Shown here: positions 19,741 to 29,200 of the stretch, piece after piece | Layout of the letters: the number at the start of each line of letters is the position of its first letter | Numbering within the stretch: position 1 is the first letter of the stretch | IMG/VR virus record: IMGVR_UViG_3300043465_000956 | Span: 1-58,100 of that record | DNA: 58,100 nt | From: a virus | Taxonomy: Duplodnaviria > Caudoviricetes | Reading direction: 5' to 3' (one strand) | Program-made: the position numbers and the translations under genes | The notes under the pieces: generated by a model | Seen by the model: only the letters and a program-made list of their open reading frames with translations | Told to the model about the DNA's origin: nothing | Database searches by the model: none

Positions 19741-20410
19741 TAAACGAAACGACTTCAGAATCCAGTCATTGATGGCTCCCCTTCAGAAGATCATGGAAGT
19801 TGGCCACATGCAGACGCACGATGTAGCCGCGTTTGAGAGTTTTGATGCCGACCTTGTCTTTACTGATGAGATTGAGGCATTCCCAGATGGGTTTGATCTT
19901 AAGTTACTGAGTAAGATTCAACCATTCATTAATTTGCTTTCATACAGAGAGCCAAAGATAGAGCCCAAATATGAATCTGAAATCTCTTATGTTGGGCCAA
20001 TTTCGGACATGGGTGGGGCGATGTTGGACCTTTATCGCCTTGGATACAATGTCAGAAACTTTTATGCTTCTCCATCTATGCTCCCGTGCTATTCTGGGTC
20101 TATCCCGATGGATGAATGCTGGGGAGTTTACAGGAATGCTAAAGTGAGCCCGATTCCGGCAGATGATATTGGCTACAGAGAACTCGATATCGTTGCTTCG
20201 GATGGGAATCCATTGAAGTTCACAACAAAAGATGAGTTCATCTCAGAGGCAATCAAGGGTATCAATGGCAAGAGATTTAAATACTCTATGTCCAAAAAGG
20301 TGGTGCTCGGTTCTAACACAAATTTTGACAGGCTCGCTACGATCTTGGATAAGATGGGCTTTCCTGCTGTCGCCAAGAAGGTCAAAAAGGAGAAGACATG
20401 TTTGGTGTAA
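19721..20410 (+). CDS. CgeB/YkvP-like glycosyltransferase-related protein
   Basis: EISYVG, YRNAKVS, YRELDIVASDG, VLGSNTNFDRLATIL follow the Glyco_trans_1_2 pattern. Confidence 0.6.
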   Translation: MKSLVISKRNDFRIQSLMAPLQKIMEVGHMQTHDVAAFESFDADLVFTDEIEAFPDGFDLKLLSKIQPFINLLSYREPKIEPKYESEISYVGPISDMGGAMLDLYRLGYNVRNFYASPSMLPCYSGSIPMDECWGVYRNAKVSPIPADDIGYRELDIVASDGNPLKFTTKDEFISEAIKGINGKRFKYSMSKKVVLGSNTNFDRLATILDKMGFPAVAKKVKKEKTCLV

Positions 20411-20838
20411 TTGTTCCAGACACGAATTTCTCAGAGAGATCCGTACTAGCATTTGACCAACTGAACAAATCGGTAAAAGAGATGGGCGAATATTGCCTGT
20501 TTTATGCCAATTTAAGTGCTCAGGTTAAGTATGCCGATTTTGCCATTATGAACATCACAGAGATCAACCATGCCTATGGGTGGATCTTGATGGCGACTTG
20601 CCCCAGCACTGCCGATATCCTCAAAAAAGTCCCAATAAATGCCACCAAGGCGTATTATATTATGGATCTAGGCTTCCTTATGAAGCCATATGACTTCAAC
20701 GAGATGCACAAGTGTCTGTCTGGACTTGTTCTCATCACCAGATCTGAAGAGCATCAAAAGATCATCAGGAACATCTTCAATCTGGGCTCTATTGTTTTAC
20801 CGTTTGACCTAGGGATTATATGCAATACGCTATCGTGA
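20398..20838 (+). CDS. GT-B N-terminal-like domain protein
   Basis: LMAT...TA, KAYYIMDL, ITRSE resemble GT4 N-terminal domains. Confidence 0.5.
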   Translation: MFGVIVPDTNFSERSVLAFDQLNKSVKEMGEYCLFYANLSAQVKYADFAIMNITEINHAYGWILMATCPSTADILKKVPINATKAYYIMDLGFLMKPYDFNEMHKCLSGLVLITRSEEHQKIIRNIFNLGSIVLPFDLGIICNTLS

Positions 20839-21626
20839 ATGCTGTTAGGCTCCGAATCGCCTATCTGGATGAAAAGAAATCAGTGCCAATGATCGCTCAA
20901 GAGCTTGGGACCAATGAGACCAAGGTAAGACGAGCCTTGAAGTTTCTCGGGGTTCCCATTCGATCATATGCAGAGGCACAGAGTGTGGCTATTGCGAATG
21001 GGCAGGCCAAGCATCCCACCAAAGGAAAGAAGCTTTCCAAAGAAACCATCAACACGATTTCGGCAAAGAGGTCTCAAGCTTGGATTGATCTGCCCGAAGA
21101 AGAAAAGCAGAAATTTCGTGATGCAAAGAAGCAACAGTGGGATAATATGACCGAATCGGCAAAGTATGAGCTTCGCTCGGCTGCTTATGCCGCTATTCGA
21201 GAGTCTGCCGAAATTGGGTCCAAGACAGAGCGTTATGTTTCTGCCGCTCTTGAAGAGGAAGGCTATGGTGTTATTGTCCACGCTAGGAATCTGATACAGA
21301 GCCGGGCTTTGGAAGTTGACATGTTCGTGCCTGACCTTAAGACTGCTATCGAAATTGATGGCCCGTCCCATTTTATCGCGGTTTGGGGCGAAGATCGCTT
21401 AAAAAAGCAACAATCTGCTGATACTGTCAAGCAAGGGTTGTTGATCAACAATGGGTATGTTCTCATTCGCGTAATACAACGTGATAAGTCGATGAGTGTT
21501 AAAAGAATGAAGGATGTGTATGAATTAATTCTATTGGAACTCAGGAAAATTGAGGAAGCCTTTCCCCCTGTCGGAAAGAGATTGATTGAAATAGAAATCA
21601 AAGATGGGGTGACAAGACGGCTATAA
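20820..21626 (+). CDS. HTH + NUMOD3 + Vsr-like endonuclease
   Basis: HTH (SVPMIAQELGTNETKVRRAL), NUMOD3 (KGKKLSKETINTIS), Vsr-like EVDMFVPDLKTAIEIDGPSH. Confidence 0.75.
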   Translation: MQYAIVNAVRLRIAYLDEKKSVPMIAQELGTNETKVRRALKFLGVPIRSYAEAQSVAIANGQAKHPTKGKKLSKETINTISAKRSQAWIDLPEEEKQKFRDAKKQQWDNMTESAKYELRSAAYAAIRESAEIGSKTERYVSAALEEEGYGVIVHARNLIQSRALEVDMFVPDLKTAIEIDGPSHFIAVWGEDRLKKQQSADTVKQGLLINNGYVLIRVIQRDKSMSVKRMKDVYELILLELRKIEEAFPPVGKRLIEIEIKDGVTRRL

Positions 21627-21659
21627 TAGGTCAGGACCAACCAAAAGGAAAAGGAAAAC

Positions 21660-22322
21660 ATGACAGACGAGATCAAAGAAACGCCAGACTACCTGTCCCA
21701 TGAATGGGACTCCTACGTAATGTCGCAGTTCGGACCATCTGAACTCATGGACGGGCATCCGAATGCTGCTGGGCTACGTAGGGTGGCCGAGCTACTGCTG
21801 GGACCAATCATCGAAAGTGGCCCAACTAAAGTTTTCCCTTCAGAGGGAAATGGACCAACGCGAGCTACTGTGGTATACTCTGTAGTATTCGATTGGGGCG
21901 GAACAGGAAAAACCAGAAAATATTCTGAAGTTGCCGACGTGTGGCACGGGAACACAGACGCGATGTTCACAGCTTATGCCGTTGCTACTGCTTCAACCAG
22001 AGCAGAAGGACGTGCTCTGAGAAAAGCACTCAAGCTCAGAAAGTGTTCTGCAGAAGAAATTTGTAAGCTAGATGTGGCTAAAATTGTGGCCGAGGAAACT
22101 GTTGAGAAGATTTCAAATGAGCAAGTTAGTTTCATTGACAGCAAGTGTAAGAAGCTTGATATCAGTGTGTTCGCTTTCATTAACTCTGGGGAGAAGCAAT
22201 ATCGCAGCATTTACGACGTGACGAGAGATACAGCAGCAAAGATGATCAAGAAATTGACAGAGTTTACAAATGACAAGACTCTGATTGGCGAACCAATCAA
22301 AGTCTACACTGAGTGGAGGTAG
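21660..22322 (+). CDS. Rad52/Sak-like ssDNA annealing protein
   Basis: GLRRVAE, AVATASTRAEGRALRKAL motif, short helical C-terminal domain (ISNEQ...AAKMI). Confidence 0.6.
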   Translation: MTDEIKETPDYLSHEWDSYVMSQFGPSELMDGHPNAAGLRRVAELLLGPIIESGPTKVFPSEGNGPTRATVVYSVVFDWGGTGKTRKYSEVADVWHGNTDAMFTAYAVATASTRAEGRALRKALKLRKCSAEEICKLDVAKIVAEETVEKISNEQVSFIDSKCKKLDISVFAFINSGEKQYRSIYDVTRDTAAKMIKKLTEFTNDKTLIGEPIKVYTEWR

Positions 22323-22335
22323 GACTTTCGTCCTA
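22320..22335 (+). promoter_or_regulatory. hairpin at stop codon
   Basis: TAGGAC-TTTC-GTCCTA perfect 6-bp stem. Confidence 0.35.
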
Positions 22336-22377
22336 TACACTGACAATTATTCAAATTTCGCGGAGTGAAACGTAGCT

Positions 22378-22977
22378 ATGAGCAGAACAGATACGCCTAC
22401 ATCAAACAAGATCAAATCCCCACTTAAGTACTACATCGAATTCGGTGGTGCTGAAGGTATTTGGGCCTATTGGGATGGTGAAAAGAATGTGAGGTTCGAC
22501 AACCTCGAATTTGTGGTTATGGATGTTCGATCGTCAATCGGCGGATGGAGTGATGCAAACAACTGTCGTATCCGCTCCAATATGGTCAAGACCACCAAGC
22601 TTCCTTTTACTGTGAGAGCAGGACAGGTAGTTTTGGCTGAGGGTCCGTATGCTGACATCAAGAATGATGTTGTAGCAGCCGGTGGCAAGTTCGTCACCAA
22701 CATCATGGCGATGGCCAAGATTGATGAGGTTTGGACCCCAGTGGACATCCAGCTATCAGGTGCGTGCCTGCGAGATTGGACAGCTTTCGTTGAGGCGAGC
22801 GGCAACATCTTCAAGGTTTATGAGGGTGTCGTATCGGCCTCACGCGGCGAGCAACAGAAGAAGGGGGCTGTGAAGTACTACACGCCAAACTTTGTGTTGT
22901 CGCCCCTCCCAGAGGGTGTGGATGCGATTGCAGATGAGTTCTGCGTCGATCAGTTGCAGCCTTATCTGAATCAGTAA
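22378..22977 (+). CDS. hypothetical protein, possible ssDNA-binding protein
   Basis: Beta-rich with aromatic residues (YW, GGWS, YYTP); follows the annealase and precedes a strong hairpin. Function is inferred. Confidence 0.6.
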   Translation: MSRTDTPTSNKIKSPLKYYIEFGGAEGIWAYWDGEKNVRFDNLEFVVMDVRSSIGGWSDANNCRIRSNMVKTTKLPFTVRAGQVVLAEGPYADIKNDVVAAGGKFVTNIMAMAKIDEVWTPVDIQLSGACLRDWTAFVEASGNIFKVYEGVVSASRGEQQKKGAVKYYTPNFVLSPLPEGVDAIADEFCVDQLQPYLNQ

Positions 22978-23011
22978 AATAGAATGGTCTAATTAACGAT
23001 CAGATCACATT

Positions 23012-23041
23012 GAAAGGGTGGCGAGAGCCACCCCTTCTCGT
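23012..23041 (+). terminator. GNRA-loop hairpin (terminator/stabiliser)
   Basis: GAA-A-GGGTGGC-GAGA-GCCACCC-C-TTC then TCGT; no poly-T tail. Confidence 0.55.
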
Positions 23042-23052
23042 TGGATGAGCCT

Positions 23053-24123
23053 ATGCTAGATTTCCTCATAGTTGGAGCAGGATGCTTTGGAGCGACGTTC
23101 GCTAGAGTTGCGACTGACCATGGCAAGAGTTGTATGGTTATCGACAAGCGGGAGCATATAGCAGGAAATTGCTTCACCACCAAGCGATACGGGATTGATA
23201 TCCATGAATATGGTGCTCATATATTCCACACATCAAACGAAGAAGTATGGAATTTCGTTAATCGCTTCAGCAAATTTAACAACTACAGACATACTCTCAA
23301 GGTTTCAAATTTTGGCAAGATCTACTCATTTCCCATCAACCTGATGACGCTATATCAGATGTGGGGAGTCCAAACTCCTGAGTCGGCCCGCCAAGCCCTT
23401 CAACAGAGGCAAATTCCCTCGCAGAAGGATGATCTAGAATCCTATATTCTGTCTCAGATAGGATCTGAACTCTATGAAACGTTCGTGCGAGATTACACAA
23501 CAAAACAATGGGGAACCGACCCTAAGAATTTGCCAAAATCGATCATCAAGCGTCTCCCGATCAGGCTAACATTTGATGATAGGTATTTCTTAGATACATA
23601 TCAGGGTATCCCAGTCGATGGCTACACAGCCCTTTTTACCGAGATGCTTTCCGGGATTCAGGTCGAGACTGGGGTTGATTACTTTGCCGATAAGGGCAGA
23701 TTAGATCGGCTAGCGAAGAGGGTTGTTTATACTGGGCCAATTGATCAATATTTTGGCTATGAGTTTGGCAGACTGGGCTGGAGGAGCCTACGATTTGAAA
23801 CCGAACTCGTGAGAAGGCCAGACTATCAGGGATGCAGTGTAATGAACTATACCGATAGTACCCCATTTACAAGGATATGCGAGCACAAACACTTCACAGG
23901 AGTGTCGACAGATACGACCGTAATTACGAGAGAGTTTTCATCAGATTTTGGAGATGAATTCTACCCAATTCGAACCAAGAATGATATGATTACCTATAAT
24001 AAGTATAAGATACTCGCTTCCTCGGGAAGCGACATATTCGGTGGCCGATTAGGCCACTACAAATACATAGACATGCACCAAGCGATTGGTGCAGCAATGA
24101 AAGAAGCACATGACATACTATAG
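23053..24123 (+). CDS. glf: UDP-galactopyranose mutase
   Basis: FAD motif IVGAGCFG, HIAGNC, HEYGAHIFHT, YQGIP, TRICEHKHF, GRLGHYKYIDMHQ. Confidence 0.95.
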   Translation: MLDFLIVGAGCFGATFARVATDHGKSCMVIDKREHIAGNCFTTKRYGIDIHEYGAHIFHTSNEEVWNFVNRFSKFNNYRHTLKVSNFGKIYSFPINLMTLYQMWGVQTPESARQALQQRQIPSQKDDLESYILSQIGSELYETFVRDYTTKQWGTDPKNLPKSIIKRLPIRLTFDDRYFLDTYQGIPVDGYTALFTEMLSGIQVETGVDYFADKGRLDRLAKRVVYTGPIDQYFGYEFGRLGWRSLRFETELVRRPDYQGCSVMNYTDSTPFTRICEHKHFTGVSTDTTVITREFSSDFGDEFYPIRTKNDMITYNKYKILASSGSDIFGGRLGHYKYIDMHQAIGAAMKEAHDIL

Positions 24124-24337
24124 ATTAGTGTTTAAAAAAGATGATACTGGGGTAGCCTTCTCTGAAATTACCGAGCAGATGATAGACAAGGACACATTTG
24201 CAAAAATGAATTGGGATAGGCCAATTATCCGCCAATTTGATGGAAAATATCACCATTTCATTTCTCTTCATAGGGATTACTTAGAGTGCGTCATGGCTGG
24301 AATTGGCATATATCAGGAGCTTCTAAATGGGACCTGA
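24110..24337 (+). CDS. hypothetical protein
   Basis: 75-aa ORF overlapping both neighbours. Confidence 0.65.
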   Translation: MTYYRLVFKKDDTGVAFSEITEQMIDKDTFAKMNWDRPIIRQFDGKYHHFISLHRDYLECVMAGIGIYQELLNGT

Positions 24338-24809
24338 GATTCAGGCTGACGATGTGTTGATTTTATCAGCATTGGTTAGGGCTTTTAAGGTCAAGACTGT
24401 GCTAGAATTAGGCGGTCTTGGCGGGTTTTCGGCCAGATGCTTTTGCGGAGCCGGGGCGAGAGTGTGGAGTATAGATATTAATCCTTTTGGGATAAACGAC
24501 CAAAACCATATTATGATAACCAAAAATGTCGCCGACTTACAACCGGATGAGATTGGTGAGAAACTAGATATGGTTTTCTTCGATGCCCACTGTTATAGAG
24601 GACAAACTGAGTGCTTGAGACGCTTCAAAGAAGCATCCTTGATCACAGACAGCAGTCTGTTGGTTTTTCATGACACCGCAGGCAATCATCAGATATCAGA
24701 GAAATTAATGGTAAACGATCTTATGTCTTATGGATATTCTTGTCTGCACATACCAACTGAGAAAGGTTTAAGCGTGTGCCGCAAAACAAACATATTGGAT
24801 ATATCATGA
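24327..24809 (+). CDS. class I SAM-dependent methyltransferase (Methyltransf_24-like)
   Basis: VLELGGLGGFS, SIDI, MVFFDAH, VFHDT. Confidence 0.8.
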   Translation: MGPEIQADDVLILSALVRAFKVKTVLELGGLGGFSARCFCGAGARVWSIDINPFGINDQNHIMITKNVADLQPDEIGEKLDMVFFDAHCYRGQTECLRRFKEASLITDSSLLVFHDTAGNHQISEKLMVNDLMSYGYSCLHIPTEKGLSVCRKTNILDIS

Positions 24810-25735
24810 ATCCATGCAATTGTAGTAGTCCGGGGTGGTGCAGCCGACATTTCCAAAACAAAGATCATAAGCAGTGGCTAATGTGTCTAAAGCACGACGG
24901 GCATAGGCACAGTTTAGATTCTAAGTATGGGGTGTCTCCAGACCTTATGACTGATGATCAAAAAGAATCTGTTCAAAGACACATAGATGCGGAAAATTCA
25001 CTGCGTAAATTCGCCCATGACTACGACCCAGACATCTTAAAAAGTTGTAAGATTCTTCTATTGGGCCACAAGGAAGATCAGTACTCTGGCGAGGCCAGAG
25101 ATTACCTAGACTTTCTTTTACTGCAAGATCTGGATCTAGGAAGGTACAAGCAGTATCAAAAAAATTGCTTTTCTGAGTCTAGAATCTTCTTATCAGAAGC
25201 ACCAGAGGCAGAATATATTGGAGTAGTTACAGCCTCATGGAATAGAAAATTTGAGCCCAATAAGATAGATGATTTCCACAACTGGGAGAACACCAAGATT
25301 CTATTCAACAGTGGTGACAAGAATCTCATTCTGGCCGCAGAAAGATCACAATTTAAGCACAATTGTATTTTTGATGTCTTTCAAGATCGGGAAAAAGTAG
25401 AAGCCTTTCAAGAGTTTGCTATTTCCATCACTGGGGAGATATGTAATTTTGGCCTATGGGCGAATCAGATTATTTGTCATAGAAGTGTTTATCTTAGATT
25501 ACAAGAGTTTTATCGTAGAGTATTCCCATTGGTAGTTGAGGAAATACACTCATATGATATTGGGGTAGTTAAGTCCAAACATGGTAAAACAAATGGAATC
25601 TATTCAGGTGAAGGATTCGATAATCGCAAAGCTGGATTATTCTTTGAGTTTTTGACAAATATATGGTTCGCCTCACAGAAAGAATTCATAATTCTGCCTA
25701 ATTGTACTCGGAAAGACGATTGGTATTGTCACTAA
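24806..25735 (+). CDS. DUF4422/GT111-like glycosyltransferase with N-terminal Cys/His domain
   Basis: GHK, NCFSESRIF, EYIGVV, NQIICH...Y, RKAGLFFEFLTNIWF parallel DUF4422 blocks; ATGA coupling at 24806. Confidence 0.55.
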   Translation: MNPCNCSSPGWCSRHFQNKDHKQWLMCLKHDGHRHSLDSKYGVSPDLMTDDQKESVQRHIDAENSLRKFAHDYDPDILKSCKILLLGHKEDQYSGEARDYLDFLLLQDLDLGRYKQYQKNCFSESRIFLSEAPEAEYIGVVTASWNRKFEPNKIDDFHNWENTKILFNSGDKNLILAAERSQFKHNCIFDVFQDREKVEAFQEFAISITGEICNFGLWANQIICHRSVYLRLQEFYRRVFPLVVEEIHSYDIGVVKSKHGKTNGIYSGEGFDNRKAGLFFEFLTNIWFASQKEFIILPNCTRKDDWYCH

Positions 25736-26200
25736 TTACCATTTTGAAATTGGACAGTGCGAAGTGCTTAATGACGCCTTATGATCAAGAAAACATCCAC
25801 ACTTAGTACATCTCCCTTCGCTCAAAAATGGACATGCGGCACAAATAGATAGTCGGTCCTGTTTAACCTCTTCGGTCACATGCTTAAAGCCAGATTTTGC
25901 ATGTTGTAGCATCGCAGATCCAAAATTCTTAGCTTGCTGCGTTAAAGAAGGCATCACCGGAGGTGATTTAGGCTCAGTCAGAACTTCAGTTGGGGCCTCA
26001 GCCGGTGCTACTACCTTGATTGGTTCCTTAGAGTCGCAATTAATAAACCTTTGCCCCGGCCCACGACATTCCTCCCACTGCTGAAAATATCCGGGATGAG
26101 TTTGGCAAAGTCTATGCTGGTGGGGCGACTTGGTTACACCATGTCGATTACACATCCCGGCCAATGGACATTCGCACCCTGTCTTCTTTTCTTCACTCAT
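25736..26200 (-). CDS. Cys-rich protein with C-terminal DUF6171-like domain
   Basis: RLSICAACP...CTKCGC...K...HCPISKW; N-terminal CECPLAGMCNRH domain. Confidence 0.75.
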   Translation of the reverse strand: MSEEKKTGCECPLAGMCNRHGVTKSPHQHRLCQTHPGYFQQWEECRGPGQRFINCDSKEPIKVVAPAEAPTEVLTEPKSPPVMPSLTQQAKNFGSAMLQHAKSGFKHVTEEVKQDRLSICAACPFLSEGRCTKCGCFLDHKASLSTSHCPISKW

Positions 26201-26216
26201 TTTCTAGTTTCCTTAG

Positions 26217-29200
26217 TTATACTGCTTCTGTAATTGTACAATGCAATAATGATGTATCGCAAGATCTGTATTGTTCTGCTTCCAAACATCCACAATTGTT
26301 TAAGTATTCTACTGAATGGTCAGCCTTGTCGGCCAGTGAAAAGATAGTACAATCTCCTACTCGAAGTCTCCAAGAACTTGCTAATACTTCACATAAGGTC
26401 TTAGTAGCACAGCATCCAGTTGGGGTAAGATCGCTGAAGTATAAGTAATCCCCACACTGATATGCTGACACGGTCGCGGTAGACCCTGAAATGAAGCCAT
26501 CACCTCCTCCGCAGGTTTGAAAGCCTCCGGCAAGTGGCAACGCCCTATTACACGGTGGTGTTACCAGTTTGCATCCTACAGGAGTACTCGAATCGCCAAT
26601 CTCGTAATTAATTGAGCCATCACTAGTAGTGTTATACCCGTAGTAACGAGTTCCCTCTGATACTGTAAAGGCCATTTGGTCACCATTGCCGGGTCCAGCA
26701 CAACAGGTATAACACTCGGTATCGCAAACAGTCTGAATACCGCTACCGACGACTGTCGGAGCAACCCCTCTAGGCATTGCTAGAGTCAGACAGACTGCCG
26801 TGGGAGCAAGTTCGTAGTACCCCAATACTCCGCCACATGTTGACTGATAACATGAGCATGGGGGCGGTTTTACGAACCCTCCGCAAGCAATGCTGGGAAC
26901 TCCGTCAACTATATACTCTAACATAGTAGGAGGATCAAATGGAACTTCTCTTCTTCTCAAAACAGATTCGCAACATTCAACATCCACTAAAATTTTGAAT
27001 GGGTTGAATAAGCAATTGTCTCCAGATACTGCTGTAGTTTTATCAAGATAGTACCCCATGCTATTTTTGCCATCAACCAAAAATGTTTTAGGGCCATGTA
27101 TACCAGCACGAATAGACAACTCTGAATGTTTATTGAGTATATGGCAATCTCCGCTTGATATCACTGTGCAACTCTTGATGTCGGATGTGTACCTGAATAG
27201 TGAACTATCAACTCCAATCAGTGGAAGATAGTCGGCAACACTAACTATTACATCATCTAGACCTACACTCTCTGTAATCGTGGTTTTAATGGTCTCGTCA
27301 CAAGCGTGAATAAATCTAGTGTTTTCGGCTTCCAAAATAATGTCAGGGTATTCATCATTTTCAAAATCTTGAAATCCAGTATACCAATCTCCTAAAACTA
27401 ATGAAGAGTTAGATGTACAAAGCTGTAGAGCCCCAAACCTAGATACTTTGGTGCCTACAGCGTACTTCCTACGAGGGAAGAACATCTTGTTACAATAGAA
27501 ATCACTACCACATTCGGTATGATCCTGCAAGCAGCTATGGAATTTGTTCGTCCAGTCAACACCCAACCTACCTACAGGGACATTATATTTTCCAGTATCG
27601 AATATCGATGTGTCACTAAGGGATTCGCCATTAAGGCATGGGTTTGACGGAATTGGACTGGGTGTTGCAGCAGGATTACCTAAATCAATAGCTGGATAAT
27701 ATTTGTTGCTCGGGACGCCCGATTCATAGAACAGATTGAAATAATTCCACAGTCTATCTTGGCCAGAAGCCGGGGCTGATCCTAGTATAAAGTCCTGACT
27801 AGAATGAATCCCCTCAGAATAGTGGGCGTTACAAACTCCTCGGTAAGAAACAATACCGGTTCCTTCCAGCACTGCCTCTGAGTAGTACGCAGGAGTTACA
27901 GAATCAGAAGGAGTACAGAAAGGCACCTCAATACAGACCGTGCCTGTGCCCTCGGCGTATCTATACGCCCCTATTTGCTTAGGCTGACAAGACGGGGTGA
28001 CTGGGGGACCGGGTAGACTTACTAACTTTTCCCAATTTCTGGCTCTGCTATGATATTCCCGAGCTACATATAGATTAAATGTATCGCCAACGCACTCAAT
28101 TTTGTTGACTATCATTGTTTCAGGAAAACAAGATCTTAAGTTAACCGACACACTGCCAGATGAGGGGATTGGATCACCACACGATCCTTGCTGAGCGTTC
28201 GAGTCGTTCGCACAATCCCCAATGCAGGTTTCCGGCATTAATGTGGTACAGACTGTACTACCATTACCTGCACTAGAAAGCCTATATGGCTCCTGATATT
28301 CGTAATTTATGCCAGAAGCCAACATATTCGGGCCAGTATGCCAAGAACAGGCTGAATCAGCAGTAGCACCGACAGGAATAGAAGAAAAAGCAATTTGAGT
28401 ATTAGAATTCAAATAAATAGGACCGACAGAACTATATTCACCAGAATAACTTACAGCTACTACAATACCACTACTAGGACTAGAAGTACAACTAATACCA
28501 CTACTATACACAACAGTGCGTGAACCATTAAAATCAATCAAGGTTCGACGCATTAACTGTAAGTTACAATCACAGAAGCATGGATTCTGATATTCTACTG
28601 GGATTGCCGATGTGACATAGTCACATTCATTACATGTAATATTGGGACAGTCACAGACTTGGGTCGCAGAAGCAGCACAATAAACACATGGATAAAATCC
28701 TCCTTGACCATAGCTATTGGTGCCAGCACAGCCATATTCGCTGTAATAGGTGTTACACCCAAAGACATGATTATCGGCCAATGCTGATAGAACTGTCAGA
28801 GGGGCATTAATGGTTCCTAATAAAGTTAATTGATACAATAAGTGGTCTGGAATAAGTTCAAAAATTTGTTCATTGCCACTAGGAACTGCTACAAAACTAG
28901 CCTGTAGGCTTAAATCAGACGCAGCCGATGGATAGTGATGGCCACACCCAGCATTCATATACATCAGATCTAAAACATTTTGATTTCCAGTGACTTGGGA
29001 CAACATCAAGTAATTTTTCAAGATGCCTGTTGCGTCTGGTGGAATTAAGAATTTATGAGCCCCATCGCAAGCTAATTTAAATGACGCATATACAGAAAAT
29101 CCGGGAGATCTCTGATACGGAACTGGAGTAAAATAATCATTCAAATAATCCTGAGCACACCCCGGAACTTCTACATAAGAGTTGTTCACATTCCAAGTCG

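Noticed and set aside
22978-23052. tRNA or other RNA gene in intergenic spacers
   Set aside because: No cloverleaf or T-loop consensus seen here or in the other short spacers; only single hairpins.
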